Position numbers and translations under genes: made by a program. The notes under the pieces were generated by a model that was not told where the DNA came from, made no database searches, and saw only the letters and a list, made by a program, of their open reading frames with translations. From assembly GCA_002633005.1 (NCBI GenBank), contig NMRA01000102.1:511511-575510 (forward strand): a stretch of 64,000 nucleotides of DNA, in the 5' to 3' direction. The DNA comes from Phoronis australis. Lineage: Eukaryota; Animalia; Phoronida. Positions 11,417 through 22,638 of this stretch are shown piece by piece (position 1 is the stretch's first letter; each line of letters starts with the position of its first letter).

Positions 11417-13467
11417 AACACGTCCAGAAATTAGACAAAACGTGCTAAGCATGCTCATAATTGCTGTTACTGGTTTGATCATCAAGATTCCGCGTTTGTG
11501 TGCCAGTGCAGCAAGACGTCTTGCATCGTGTGGCGTATTCACGTGGTGATACCGCAAAACAGGAATAAAAATATTCACTATTCTCTCAAAAAGGTCCGCC
11601 GACATTTGGCTATAAATCCACTTCCTGGATTTAAACCATTTACGTTATGGAGCTGGTCTCAAATTGTTCCTTCCGAGGTTTGGAAAGAACTGGCAATGGT
11701 TAAGAGACTATGCTTTACAAATTGGCTCATAATTTTGGGTTATGTTATTTTATGCACCCAGTACAAACTCGAGTAAAGCCGTAAATAGTCTCAATCTAAA
11801 GTTAGTTATCCCCGAATTTGTTCACAAATCCAACAATAAGAACTCAACATTATTTAAAACTGTATTTCGTCCTGTTCAGCTAGCTCAAGATGAAAATCGA
11901 ATTAGTCCTTTTGCAATCATAATAAAATCGTGCACTCAATACCATGACAAGATTCCATTTCACGCGTTACCAACTCAAGCCACAGGCATGCTTCACAGGC
12001 GCCATTTTCCAATTCGCCGTTTAAGGTTGGCCAACCCCAATAAAGTTTGAAGTTTTTTTGAGTCGCTGATGGCTTCGATGTTCTCATTGGAAACGCAAAA
12101 TAGAATGCTGTCACGATAACGAATATTATGAGACTGAGTTTACAAGAAGGCCTTATTCGATTTTTGCTTTTAGTCTCATAAACGGAGCAAAATGCAATTG
12201 TCAAAGGGCGCGTGATTATCGTCTGCTACTGGAGAGCTCACTTTTTGATGTGATATTGGTCACCAGCTCCTATTGTTACGGCGTTATTGATATCACTTTC
12301 TCCTGTGTTACCCATTTTGTGAAATCAACTACCATTAAAGTTGCCATTGACTGGTTTTGAATTGAAGGTAGACAAGGTTTTACGAGTTTTCACAAAGTTT
12401 TAAAGTTTTTCCACAATCGTGCTGAAGTCACATTGTCATTTGATTGACAATGTTACTGACTTTTCTGGGGACACAGGTTAAATTTTCCGCGATTATATCA
12501 GCCGTAAATGTATATATACACGTGACTGTGAGGATGGTTTTATTTTGGTAATCTAATCAAAGATGTATGAATGAACTTTAAGCGCCTTATTCGCCAAACT
12601 CGGTCTAGCAATTTTAAAATAGCTAACCTATATAAAACTTCCTTCCATGTCAAAAACCAATTTTTGATTTAGACCACTTCTCTTTATGACGTTGGCCACA
12701 ATTGTTCTTTAGTAAAGTTAGAGATGGTCTCAGTGGTTTGAAAGAAATGAAATTATTGTTTAAGACCAGGGTACTAGAGTTCAGTAGCTGTCTCGCGGTT
12801 AGAAATATTCGGCCAAAATCACATGTTCTCATTTAAAATACACGGCAATACCTCACGTAATCTCGCGAAGTCTTGCTTTTTAGCAAGGTCCTAGCGTAGC
12901 TCCTAGCTTTACTGAACTCTACCCAGGTTCTTCAACTGCCGGCCGGGATTGTCACGGCAGGTCAGTGCCCGAGCATGGGTCGAGTGATAACGGGCTGCCA
13001 GTTCTTTGCAACCCAGAAATCATTTCCCATTTGAGTAAGGAATTCGTTGAGCCCAATTTTGTATCGATAAGTGGTCTTCATCAAAAGTTCACTTCTTTGT
13101 GAAATATTGAGTTATTGCCTTTTGACGCAACTCAAAGCGTGCACCACATCACTATGTAAGTACTCCACTGGCTTAAGGGAAACTTGGAGACATCCAATAG
13201 TGTTACTCACTTTTAACGACGTTGCGCATGTGACGCTTGCCGGCTTCAGCTTGGCCACTGATGTTATGATGGGGGTGGCCAATAGGTGTCGTCTTAGTCG
13301 CTAATTGCGAGTGGAGAGTTCCAGTAGTTCACTAATTTTTCTTTTTTTCCATTAGTTGTGAGCCTACACTGTTCAAAAACTTATAGCGATACCAGATACA
13401 TAATCCCTTACTCACCTGCGGTTGCTATGCAAATTCAAACATACCGAACATAAATATATATTCTAGT

Positions 13468-13532
13468 GTCCTCAGCTTCTGATCGTACCAATACACTACA
13501 TAGTGTGTTGGGGACGATCAGAAGCTGAGGAC
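13468..13532. repeat. 65-nt near-perfect hairpin belonging to a dispersed repeat (partial copy at about 48180-48220)
   Basis: GTCCTCAGCTTCTGATCGT..ACACTA/TAGTGT..ACGATCAGAAGCTGAGGAC; related CAGGCGTACTCAGCTTCTGTTCGTCCACAATACACTA at 48181. Confidence 0.7.
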
Positions 13533-14047
13533 GCCTGTGATTCTATGCAGCTATTTATCCTGGCTGATTCTCTGCGTCCCGCTAGGTAGTAGCCAGCATG
13601 TGATCTCTATACGCAGGGAACCAGCGAGCGATTCATCGAAATGACGTCAATGACACTACACACGCTGCTGTCACTGAAACGAAGACGTATCTCAGCTAAC
13701 CGTCTTGACAAAGATGCCCTCACAATATATTCGCAACTATAAATTTTGTAAACATGAAGATTTCTATAACAGTTAGGGAAATTTTATTTAAAACCAAATG
13801 CAAACAACATCAAAATTATTATTTTGCACTTGCTTCAACGGAAACTGGGAATAAAAAGAAAGGGTTCTGACCAGTAATAAGATGTGCTTGAGAACGTTAC
13901 CATGCAATTCAAATCAAGCCTACTCTGAGTGAGTAGTCTATAGAAAAATCAATAAATGACAATGGCAACATTGTCGATGGAAGGACGAACATTTTACAAG
14001 TGCAACGATTGCGCTTCGTGAGCAAGCACGCAATGGTAGGACATTGA

Positions 14048-14227
14048 TCATTTGTCAAAGCGTATAGTTTCTTTCGAACGAAAAATTTCTTCCGTATCGT
14101 TGCAAGGCAACTTTGCAACGAGAGTCACTGGGTCGTAAGGGGGCGCTGTACCACTGAAGTCCTCTGGGATGTAAGATGGGTCGAACTCCGAAAAAAACTT
14201 GTCCAATGTATGACCATGGACATGAAC
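14048..14227 (-). CDS. CRAL-TRIO lipid-binding protein (RLBP1/clavesin/alpha-TTP-like), last coding exon 5
   Basis: TTCAG|VHVHGHTLDKFFSEFDPSYIPEDFSGTAPPYD...FDK-TGA; typical H-G..P..FGG C-terminus; missed by the ORF track. Confidence 0.88.
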   Translation of the reverse strand, partial: VHVHGHTLDKFFSEFDPSYIPEDFSGTAPPYDPVTLVAKLPCNDTEEIFRSKETIRFDK

Positions 14228-14790
14228 CTGAAATTACACAAAAATAAGGTATCCTTCAGAAAATGTAAATCGAATCAAATCGAAACACGATAGAGTTGGT
14301 CTAGGCGGGTGACGCAAAGGTAATTTCACTAGTTTTCTTGTGACGCCAGATAATGCATATATCAAGATGCAGTGATGCCTGTCTTTGTCACTTCATAATC
14401 TGGGCCTTCAACACAGTGTCACGCGTTAGACTAGCAATACAAATAGAAGACTGTGCCCGACTCGCAAACTCAACTTTGAGATTTTCCTCTACTTCCATTT
14501 TCCGCAATGACATCATTTTCGTGTGTGCACAGAAGAGATATTCCTTTTACCATGACAAGCAATGACAAGAGCGTAGCCAGACTACAGAAGACGACGAAAA
14601 GCTCACCATTGTGACAGACAAACTCCTAATAAATGACGTCTCAAAAAGTGTAATTGCAGGCGGTCTGGTACCTGACGTGCGCTGGCCGCTCAGGTGGGCC
14701 CATTACATAGTAGGCCCATCGCCATTATTTTAAAGGTATAATTATCACGGTTGTTTTTTAAAGTACAAAAGTACACAAAACAATACTCAC

Positions 14791-14901
14791 TCTTTCAATA
14801 AATTTCGCTTTAACAAACGTTTTGACTATAGTGTAGGTCCACGAAAAGTACCAAGGCTCGTGAATAACATGGATCGCTTTGAACCTGGCGGGAAAAGAAC
14901 C
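14791..14901 (-). CDS. CRAL-TRIO protein, coding exon 4
   Basis: GCAG|[37 protein letters not shown]|GTGAGT; classic 111-nt RLBP1/clavesin exon. Confidence 0.92.
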
Positions 14902-15925
14902 CTGCAAACGAAAAGGTACACTTATTACATATGAGACTGAACAATCTCGAGCAATGTCGTTAGGGCGATCATGAAAAAAAGAAAATATTGATATTCAAAA
15001 GATCGGTTAGCGAAATAGTTTATTTCGGTGACACTGGACGTTGATGAATGTACGATGGAAGAACATCATTTCTTCCGTTTGTCACAAATAGTTCATTCAG
15101 ACGTTCAGAAGAGTGATTGTCTCCGAAACAATTGAAAAAGACAGCGGCTGCACTTGATTCAGCCAGCCCGCTAAAACATCTCTTGATGACGAGATCCGGC
15201 TTGCAAACCAATCAGATGTCTTAGTCGATTAACACGGTTGAGTGAATCACGTGCAGCGATTCCCCTAAAGATGGTATGGAAGCCGGTACTTTTAAAGAGT
15301 TAATAGGGATGTCAAGATTAATATCATATCTACAACTGAGTAGAATCACCATATATTTAGGTGAGCATATGGACCCGTCTTCCCTCCTCATTTCGGTCTA
15401 TTTCATTATTCCTTTGTGTAGGACTACACGTCGTTTTCCCAGCCTTCGTATTGGTCTGTTGGTATCACGTGCCTCGAGTTTGATCAGCTCTTGGCTCTTA
15501 TAGGCTGATGATTGTCACGTGTCCTTAGGCGTTTTTTCTTTGTTATTGTAACCTCGCTTTCAGTTCACCTTTGCCGGTTCCGGCCACATTGTCTTAATAT
15601 GTACTTATTAATTTTTCCCACCCTCTACCTCCCAGTCATTCTCTCGCACTTCCACGTGGCCGGCGCTTTTTTATTGCCCATCTAACCAGAGATTACCATG
15701 TTTATGTTATTTACCTGTATTCATTATATTGTAATTGTATTAGACATAATAAATGACCTTATATCGCCTACCTCGATCTCCTTTTCATCTCTGGTAAGGA
15801 GCTTGCGACGCACGTATCATTTATCTATTATTCGGGACATATGTCGATCATAAACATGAATACGATAAAATGTAATTGTTGACATATCGTATGTTATCAT
15901 TACTATAGCTGTAGTTATATTTCAC

Positions 15926-16147
15926 CTGTAAAATGTTGACCATTTTTCTCAAGTCAGATGGTCTTATGTCAGCGGCCTGTGACAAGCTATAATTAGCGAA
16001 GTTTTCAATCAACACAAATCCACTGATCTGCGTTTCTTCGTTTTCTATCAACAGTTCCAAAAGATAAATGTATGCGCGCATCACTTGGTCAAAGGGAATC
16101 TCCTGCGCGTTCCAGCTCCCAATGTTGAAAATAAAAACAACACGGCC
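15926..16147 (-). CDS. CRAL-TRIO protein, coding exon 3
   Basis: CAG|GRVVFIFNIGSWN..LIENEETQISGFVLIENF..LRKMVNILQ|GTGAA. Confidence 0.93.
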
Positions 16148-16228
16148 CTGCAAAAGGAAACGCTTGAATGAGTTCACACCTAGATTAGGATTTACCATCT
16201 CCTATCTTCCGGCGTGTGCGTGCAGCAA

Positions 16229-17045
16229 ATCACCAAGAGACATAACGGACAAACAAGTTAAAATATTACTGTATTTCGAGACCACGTGTCTCATCCTCAG
16301 GCAGTAAGTAAAATGGACACCGTGGTGGAAGCGACACAAACAGTGAAATATACAATGAAAGGAGGTAGAAGGGAATGCAAGCAGAGGTTCTGAATACATG
16401 AATACAATGAATGTCTTCGTCCTCATTCTTGTAAGCAGCATTACATAGGACACACGGTATGGTTTAGTCCTCATTCTTGTGAACATTATTACATTGGACA
16501 CACGGTATGGTTTAGTCCTCATTCCTGTGAACATTATTACATTGAACGCACGGTATGGTTTAGTCCTCATTCTTGTGAACATTATTACATTGAACACAGG
16601 GTATGGTTTAGTCCTCATTAATTCTTTTGAACATTATTACATTGGACAAACGGTATGGTTTTTCTCGTGACGGTAGTCCATGCATTTGCAGATCGGGTCC
16701 ACTGAAGATCATTTTTTACACCAACATGGCTGGAAAATAACTAGGAAAGAGGTGTTCGCTATGTAGAAAAGGACACGTTTCGGTTGAAGATTTTGGAATC
16801 TCTATTGATCAGTCACGAATAGCTTGAACTGAATGAGCTGCTGACGAGTGTTTACCGTACGCTGTTTTGTGGTTTTCCTAACGTGTAACATTCACACTCT
16901 GCTTGTATTCTCTTCAACCTCCTGCCATTGTTAATTTCGTTTTCACCATGACGTTCGTTTTACCTACTGACTGAGGATGAGACACGTGACCACAAAATAT
17001 ACCAATTGGTTTAACTTGTTTCTTCGTTAGATTTCTTGGTGTTTT
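16229..17045. mobile_element. Element with about 110-bp imperfect terminal inverted repeats enclosing a 45-bp minisatellite (about 16419-16660)
   Basis: ACCAAGAGA..AAACAAGTTAAA..CACGTGTCTCATCCTCAG at 16232-16300 versus CTGAGGATGAGACACGTG..TTTAACTTGTTT..TCTTGGT at 16971-17040; repeat unit ACACGGTATGGTTTAGTCCTCATTCTTGTGAACATTATTACATTG. Confidence 0.6.
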
Positions 17046-17453
17046 GCTACACAACTGCACGTTGTATAGAGAGTACAAGCGAGTATATATTAAGCTGTCC
17101 AACAAAAAGTGCAGTTTGTGTCAGTGACGCGCCGCTACCAAACTATACATTTAGCTACTTGTACTTATAGACAGAATTACTCTGCTGAAGATTTCAATCA
17201 AATACATATAATTGGTATTCTTCCATTGGAGATAGAACTTCAGAATTAAACAAATATTGATCAAGAAAATTAAACCGAATTTGCAAACTCAATGCTGCTG
17301 TCATCGTACACTACATGATTTGCGAAGAGCACTATAATAAGGCTGATAAATTTTTTTTTCTGTTATACACAATGTTTTTTAACTACAGACGATGTTTATT
17401 TGTTTCATTGATAACAGTCGGCTGTCTGCTATTTTTCAAATATGGCATTTAAC

Positions 17454-18411
17454 AGCCGATTTCATAAAGGTGGTTTAACAAAACCAGGTTTAAGACTTAA
17501 ACTTGGTCTTCCTAAACCTGGTCTAATTTTAAGCCCAATTTGCATGTCACCTACTTGGTTTAAAAGTCTGAAAGCCTGGTTTTGCTAGGCCAGGGAGCAG
17601 CTGCGTAAGACCAGCTTCCCGTTCAGTAACGCTAGGACCTCGCTAAAGGACAAGACTTCGCGAGATTACGTGAGATATTACCGTGCCTTTTAAATGAGAA
17701 CACGTCACTTTGACTAGGTTTTAGCTGGGTCCTAGCGTAGGTCCTAGCGTCTACTGAACGCACGCCAGGGTTTAACGTGTCCAAGGCACCCTACTGTGTA
17801 GAGCTGGATTAACCCAACAAAGAAACTATTGAAGTGAATTGTGATCACGTGAGTATCAATGAGAGAACACAGTTGTATATAAAATCAGTGCAGACGTACA
17901 TTTCCTGGAGGCTCTGTCATCATTATTAGGGTTGAAAAAGGTCGGAAATTTTTCTCAAGAAGAAAAATGTTTCTTCAAAGAAAAAATCGAGGTCACAGGG
18001 GAACAAGATTATGATGTCTGTCATTGTTTGTTTTGTCATTGAAGTCTGAGTCGTCTTAAAATTGAAATTAGTTTTCTGTCGCTCTGAAATTGCGTCTGCA
18101 AGGCACGCCGCGACGTCTTTCAGCAGCATGGTTTGCACATGTACATCGCGCAAGCCTGAATCTGTCGCCTTTAACAGTGTTAAACCTGGGTCTGACCAGG
18201 TTCAAAGTCTTAACACAGGTCTAAGAAACTTAGACCACGGTGGAGAAATGAAAAGTGTCTAAGGCCAGGTTTAAACTGGAGTTAAATCAGGTTTTACTAG
18301 AACACTGGTCTAAAAATTAAATCACCTTTATGAAATAGGGATTATCTTTAAATCTGGTCTTAATCCACTTTAAACCAGGTGTAACTTTAAACCACCTTTA
18401 TAAAATCGGCT
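17454..18411. mobile_element. Non-autonomous TIR element (PIF/Harbinger-like MITE) with nested repeat insertions
   Basis: TIR AGCCGATTTCATAAAGGTGGTTTAA versus TTAAACCACCTTTATAAAATCGGCT; many subterminal AAACCAGG/AAACCTGG motifs; a nested repeat (17620-17770) also occurs at 12810-12920 and 51950-52020. Confidence 0.65.
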
Positions 18412-18944
18412 AAAAGCGGGGTGTTTTTACGGCTTTGTCATGGGTGGCCCATATACGATTTCGTAGGTTTTTTCCCAGAGTATGATTCAGAAAGTGACGC
18501 GCCCTATACCCGTACACTGCAAAAAGAATGTAAGTGCTGCAATGGTATGCTGTAGTTTTCACGAACTATTACTTATGAACACATTTCTGTTCTCCAGAAC
18601 TGTACTTCCTTTCTCAAGCACGTTTCATTTTTATATTACAAACAATAAGAAACTCGACTGACAAATATAATTCGGATACGAAGTTATAATTAACACAGAA
18701 ACATGACCAACCAACAGAAAAAACGGTTTGTTTTCCTAAGCAAAATGCTTTGCGTGAGAAGAAAAAAGTGCGAGAGAACACTTTTTTGTTCATAAAAATG
18801 CAGTTTTGTCGTCCCGCTGTTCGTCGGGTAACATTGATTATCTTGCAGTGAGTGAATCGCATCAGGTTACACGTGGAAGTACTCACGTGCGTGTTTCTTT
18901 GGGGGCAGTACTCAAGTGCGTGTTTCTTTGGGGGCAGTACTCAC

Positions 18945-19060
18945 GTGCTTGTCTCGATCGGGCAGTACTCCAGGAAATCCACTTTCCAACGACCTTATTA
19001 CACCTGTTGTCGTTAGATCTTGAAAAAGCTCCGGATATTTTTGACGCAACTTCACATAGC
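18945..19060 (-). CDS. CRAL-TRIO protein, coding exon 2
   Basis: TTTAG|(G)YVKLRQKYPELFQDL..SLESGFPGVLPDRDKH|GTGAGT; phase 1 start matches exon 1, phase 0 end matches exon 3. Confidence 0.92.
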
Positions 19061-19186
19061 CTAAAATCCAAAATCCATAAAATGTTGTCAGTACTAGCCT
19101 AAACCGGAATAAAACAGATGACAGCCGTGACAGCACGATATTGGTTACTGATAACAACTAAAATGTTTTTAACTTTGCAAATTGCA

Positions 19187-20801
19187 TTTTTATGCGCCCG
19201 CAAATTTATATGTGGACGCATTATGCCGTCATCTCCGTCCGTCCGTGTGGCGTCCGTCCGGCGTTCGGCGTCCGCTGCTCTATCTCCAAAACCGATTGAC
19301 GTACGTTCATGAAATTTTGCACATGTGTTTTTTCATAGATGGGACGGCATGTGCGAAATTTCGGACGGATCGGACTACAGCTGTGCCCCCTACTGGCGAT
19401 TTTTAAGTTTTTACGTTTACCTCTATATCTTCAAAGGTCCTCAACATATTTTCACAAAATTTAGTATATAGGCATCTATTAGTAAGACGACGGTATCCTC
19501 TCGTTTTCGGATGGATTCGACGTAGTTTGCGCCACCTAGTGTCCATTTTTCGAGTCTGGTTTAGCGTCCACCCCTCTATCAATCAAACCGCTCTAAGCAT
19601 GATTGTGAAAATTGTCATATATGTTCTTACTATGAAGAGGACGGTTGACGATGATATTCCGACGACTTCGACTACTGTGGCGCCTTATAGTGACCGTTTT
19701 GTTTTGTTTTTTGCGCCTATTGCTATATCTTCTAAATCGTTTGCAGGAACTTTACTAAATTTAGTAAGTGCATTTATATGATAATGACAACGGACAACAA
19801 CAACTTTCGGACAGATCTGACTACTGGTGTGCCACATAGTGACAATTTTATTTTTTTTCTTTTACCTCTCTATCTTCAAAGGTCCTCAATGTACTTTCGT
19901 AAAATTTGGTGTACAGGTCCCTGTTAGTGAGGTGACGCTATCTTTCTGTTTTCAGATGGATTCGACCTAGTTTTCGCCACCTTTGGCCATATTTACTGTT
20001 TTTGAGTCCATCTCTCTATCAACCAAACCGCTTTCAGGATAATTGTGAAAATTGGCATATATGTTTTTACTATGTAGTGGACGGGTGACGATGTTTTTGT
20101 GTTTATATGATGTTGACAACGATTTTCGGATGGATCCGACTACTGGTGTGCCGCCTGGTGGCAATTTTAGTTTTATGTTTACCTCTGTATCTTCAAAGGT
20201 CCTCAACGGGCATCTTTTGGTGAGATGACGCTACCTTCCCGTTTTCGACTGGAATCAAGGTAATTTGCGCCACCTAGTGGCCATTTTTGGTGTTTTTTAA
20301 TTCGTTTTTTGGCATCTACCTCTCTATCAACCAAATCTTTCTAAAGATGGTTTTGAAAATTGGCGTATATGTTCTCAGTGTGAATAGGACGGTTGACGAT
20401 GAAGATTTTGACTTCTGTGGCGCCTCCTGGTGGTAGTTTTGTTTTGTTTTGTTTCGCGCCCATAGCTGTATCTCCTAAACCCACTGTAAGCATATTTATA
20501 TGAAGCTAACAACAGACAATGACTACTTTCAGGCGGATCCAATGAACAGTGTGTCCCCTAGTGGCAATTTAATTTTATTCTGTTTTCTTTTGTTTCTCTG
20601 AAGTTCCGTGAAGACGGATTTCTATGAAATTTCTTGTATAACTTTCTATTAAAAAAGCAATGATATGCTCCCGTTTTCGGATGGATTGTACGTTTTTGCG
20701 CCATCTAGTGGCCATTTTTATGACACGATTAAACAACCCTAAAAGCAAACGATTTGCGATGCATTCGTGGGCGCATTTCAACGCTCCGCGTTGCTCTTAT
20801 T
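19187..20801 (+). mobile_element. Helentron-associated interspersed element (HINE/DINE-1-like) with about ten 120-175-bp internal tandem repeats
   Basis: T-run, subTIR ATGCGCCCGC, partial inverted copy GTGGACGCAT, (GTCC)n microsatellite, tandem array, 3' subTIR GTGGGCGCAT (20767), stem-loop CAACGC-TCC-GCGTTG, T-rich end. Confidence 0.8.
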
Positions 20802-21499
20802 GAGTTGAGGTGTCCTTCTTTTACTTTTAGTTTTATACTGAATGTTGTCTTGTCCAGGACTCCAGGGAGTCGATAAATAGTCCTATCGAATCTCATTCAG
20901 TCAATTTTCAATTAATAGTGGAGTGAATAAGTGAAAAATTGTTCAAATTATGATACAAACACCAAATTTGACACACATATTTCTTATAGGGTGTAGAATT
21001 CAAAAAGCACGATAGCCACATAAAAAACAAAATGGTGGCCTTTTTTCAAGATGTCCATCATCGGCGACTTGGTTTTCATTTTGTGGATTTCACTCGACCT
21101 AGTTATCCAACTTTGTTGATTTAAACACCGTTTCATCCACCCCAGACACTTTATAATACGATTTTGGCTACTAAAAGTAGCTGCAAATATTATTTTACCC
21201 AACTTATACTACTATGTTACGATTCTTAACTGTTTTTGCAACAACGACTCGCGCTGAACAGATAATGAGAAATAATTTGCTTTTGTCATGGATGTGATGT
21301 CTATACGCGGCACTGTGTCTTGCAATGACAACAAGTGAGCTTTTGGCATGTCCAAGCTACTGGGGAAAGTGTAAACCAGATGACTGTTTAGTTGTCTCCT
21401 TGTTGATTCGATCCCCATTCCGCAGGACTCTGCACTAGGCTGGCAAACCAGGACTTGACTCCGTATAGACCTTATTCACGCCGACAGGAGGCGCGTTCC

Positions 21500-21660
21500 A
21501 AAACGAGGCTCGCTACGATAGCTCTGGTGGCTTATCCGCGTTGCTCGAACAGCTATAAAAAATACGGACACTCTGTTTTACAATCCCTAAGGACGATGGG
21601 ATTCGGAAGCGTTGGGTCCTTGCCATACGCCGCGACGAAGGAAAATATGTCCGTATAAAA
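21500..21660 (+). pseudogene. Degenerate THAP zinc-finger fragment, probably DNA transposon derived
   Basis: Across a frameshift: CSNSYKK..F.IPKDDGIRKRWVLAIRRDEG, typical THAP (F)PKD..R..W..AIRR motif. Confidence 0.55.
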
Positions 21661-21976
21661 TTTATAACTGTTTTCGAATCATAATTTGTCGCATATCGGA
21701 CTGGATGCCGCTTTAGCAACGAGGACCGGAGAATCTTCGGCCAGCCAAGTTGTGTTTTCATGACTTTGGGTTGAAGCGCGATGCATTTTTCTTTACAAAA
21801 AGGACAGGGCCTTCAATCCCTCAATTTTGGGGCCAAATACTGGCCCTATTCCCCTCTCAAAAATATTGAAAAATCACGAGGCCTAAAAATTCCCTTTGTG
21901 ATTGAAAACTTCTCTCCAACGATTCACTATCACCTGTGACCACAGCTAAAGGTGACAATTTGAAAAAGTACAAAAT

Positions 21977-22276
21977 CATAGGCGGATTTAGGGTGCGGGG
22001 TGCGCCCCCCCGCCTCCTTGACTGCCGCAAGCAAAATAAACCAGCAAAACGTGAAGCGGGAGGAACTGAGTTCGAGCTCAGACCGGTAGCTGATGAGGGG
22101 GGAAAAACGTTCCGTTTTATTTTTTTTTAGTCCAACGACAGATTTCCTGAGCAGAAGGTATACATCCTCGGCGCCCGCAACTTCCGGGCCGTGTGCGTGC
22201 ATACAATCGCGCTTTGCCCACTTCCCCGAGGATGTCGCCCCCTCCCTCACTATATGGTTTCCTAGATCAGCCACTG
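21977..22276. mobile_element. MITE, 5-bp TSD AAAAT
   Basis: CATAGGCGGATTTAGG...CCTAGATCAGCCACTG flanked by AAAAT. Confidence 0.75.
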
Positions 22277-22454
22277 AAAATGCTACTTGAGACAGAGGTA
22301 TGAGAGCTTGCAACAGGGCGGGATGCTATTGAGGGTGATCGGGAGTAGATTTTTCACTGACCCGTCACTCGGCGAAACGTTCCCCGCTCAGAAGGCACCT
22401 TTCCCCTCGGATATGAACGAGACCTCTGAAGAAACATGACAACTATGCTTGTTC

Positions 22455-22623
22455 AAGGGGGATCCAGGACTTTGGGTTGGGGGAGGGGGGGCAAGGCAGA
22501 GTATTAGCCAGGATTTTGCCCGTCAGACATTCGTGCTCCTGAACTGCCAAATGGCCGGAATCTGGGAGAATTTTAGGGGGGGCTGGGGCATAGCCCCTTG
22601 GCTCCCCTCTAAATCCGCCACTG
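22455..22623. mobile_element. MITE, 5-bp TSD TGTTC (same subfamily as 5336 and 47726)
   Basis: Shared internal sequence CAGAGTATTAGCCAGGATTTTGC..GAACTGCCAAATGG; TGTTC both sides. Confidence 0.75.
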
Positions 22624-22638
22624 TGTTCTGTCCAGTTA

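Noticed and set aside
11417-11605. N-terminal 63-aa extension of the FKRP-like ORF
   Set aside because: Met at 11416 directly precedes the type II TM anchor; the extension looks like unrelated upstream sequence.
13468-13532. pre-miRNA
   Set aside because: A related partial copy at about 48180 indicates a dispersed repeat; no known seed recognised.
15513-15856. Solo LTR (TG...CA, AATAAA; partial inverted copy at about 40625-40800)
   Set aside because: Repeat is real but no matching TSD or internal domain, so class cannot be supported.
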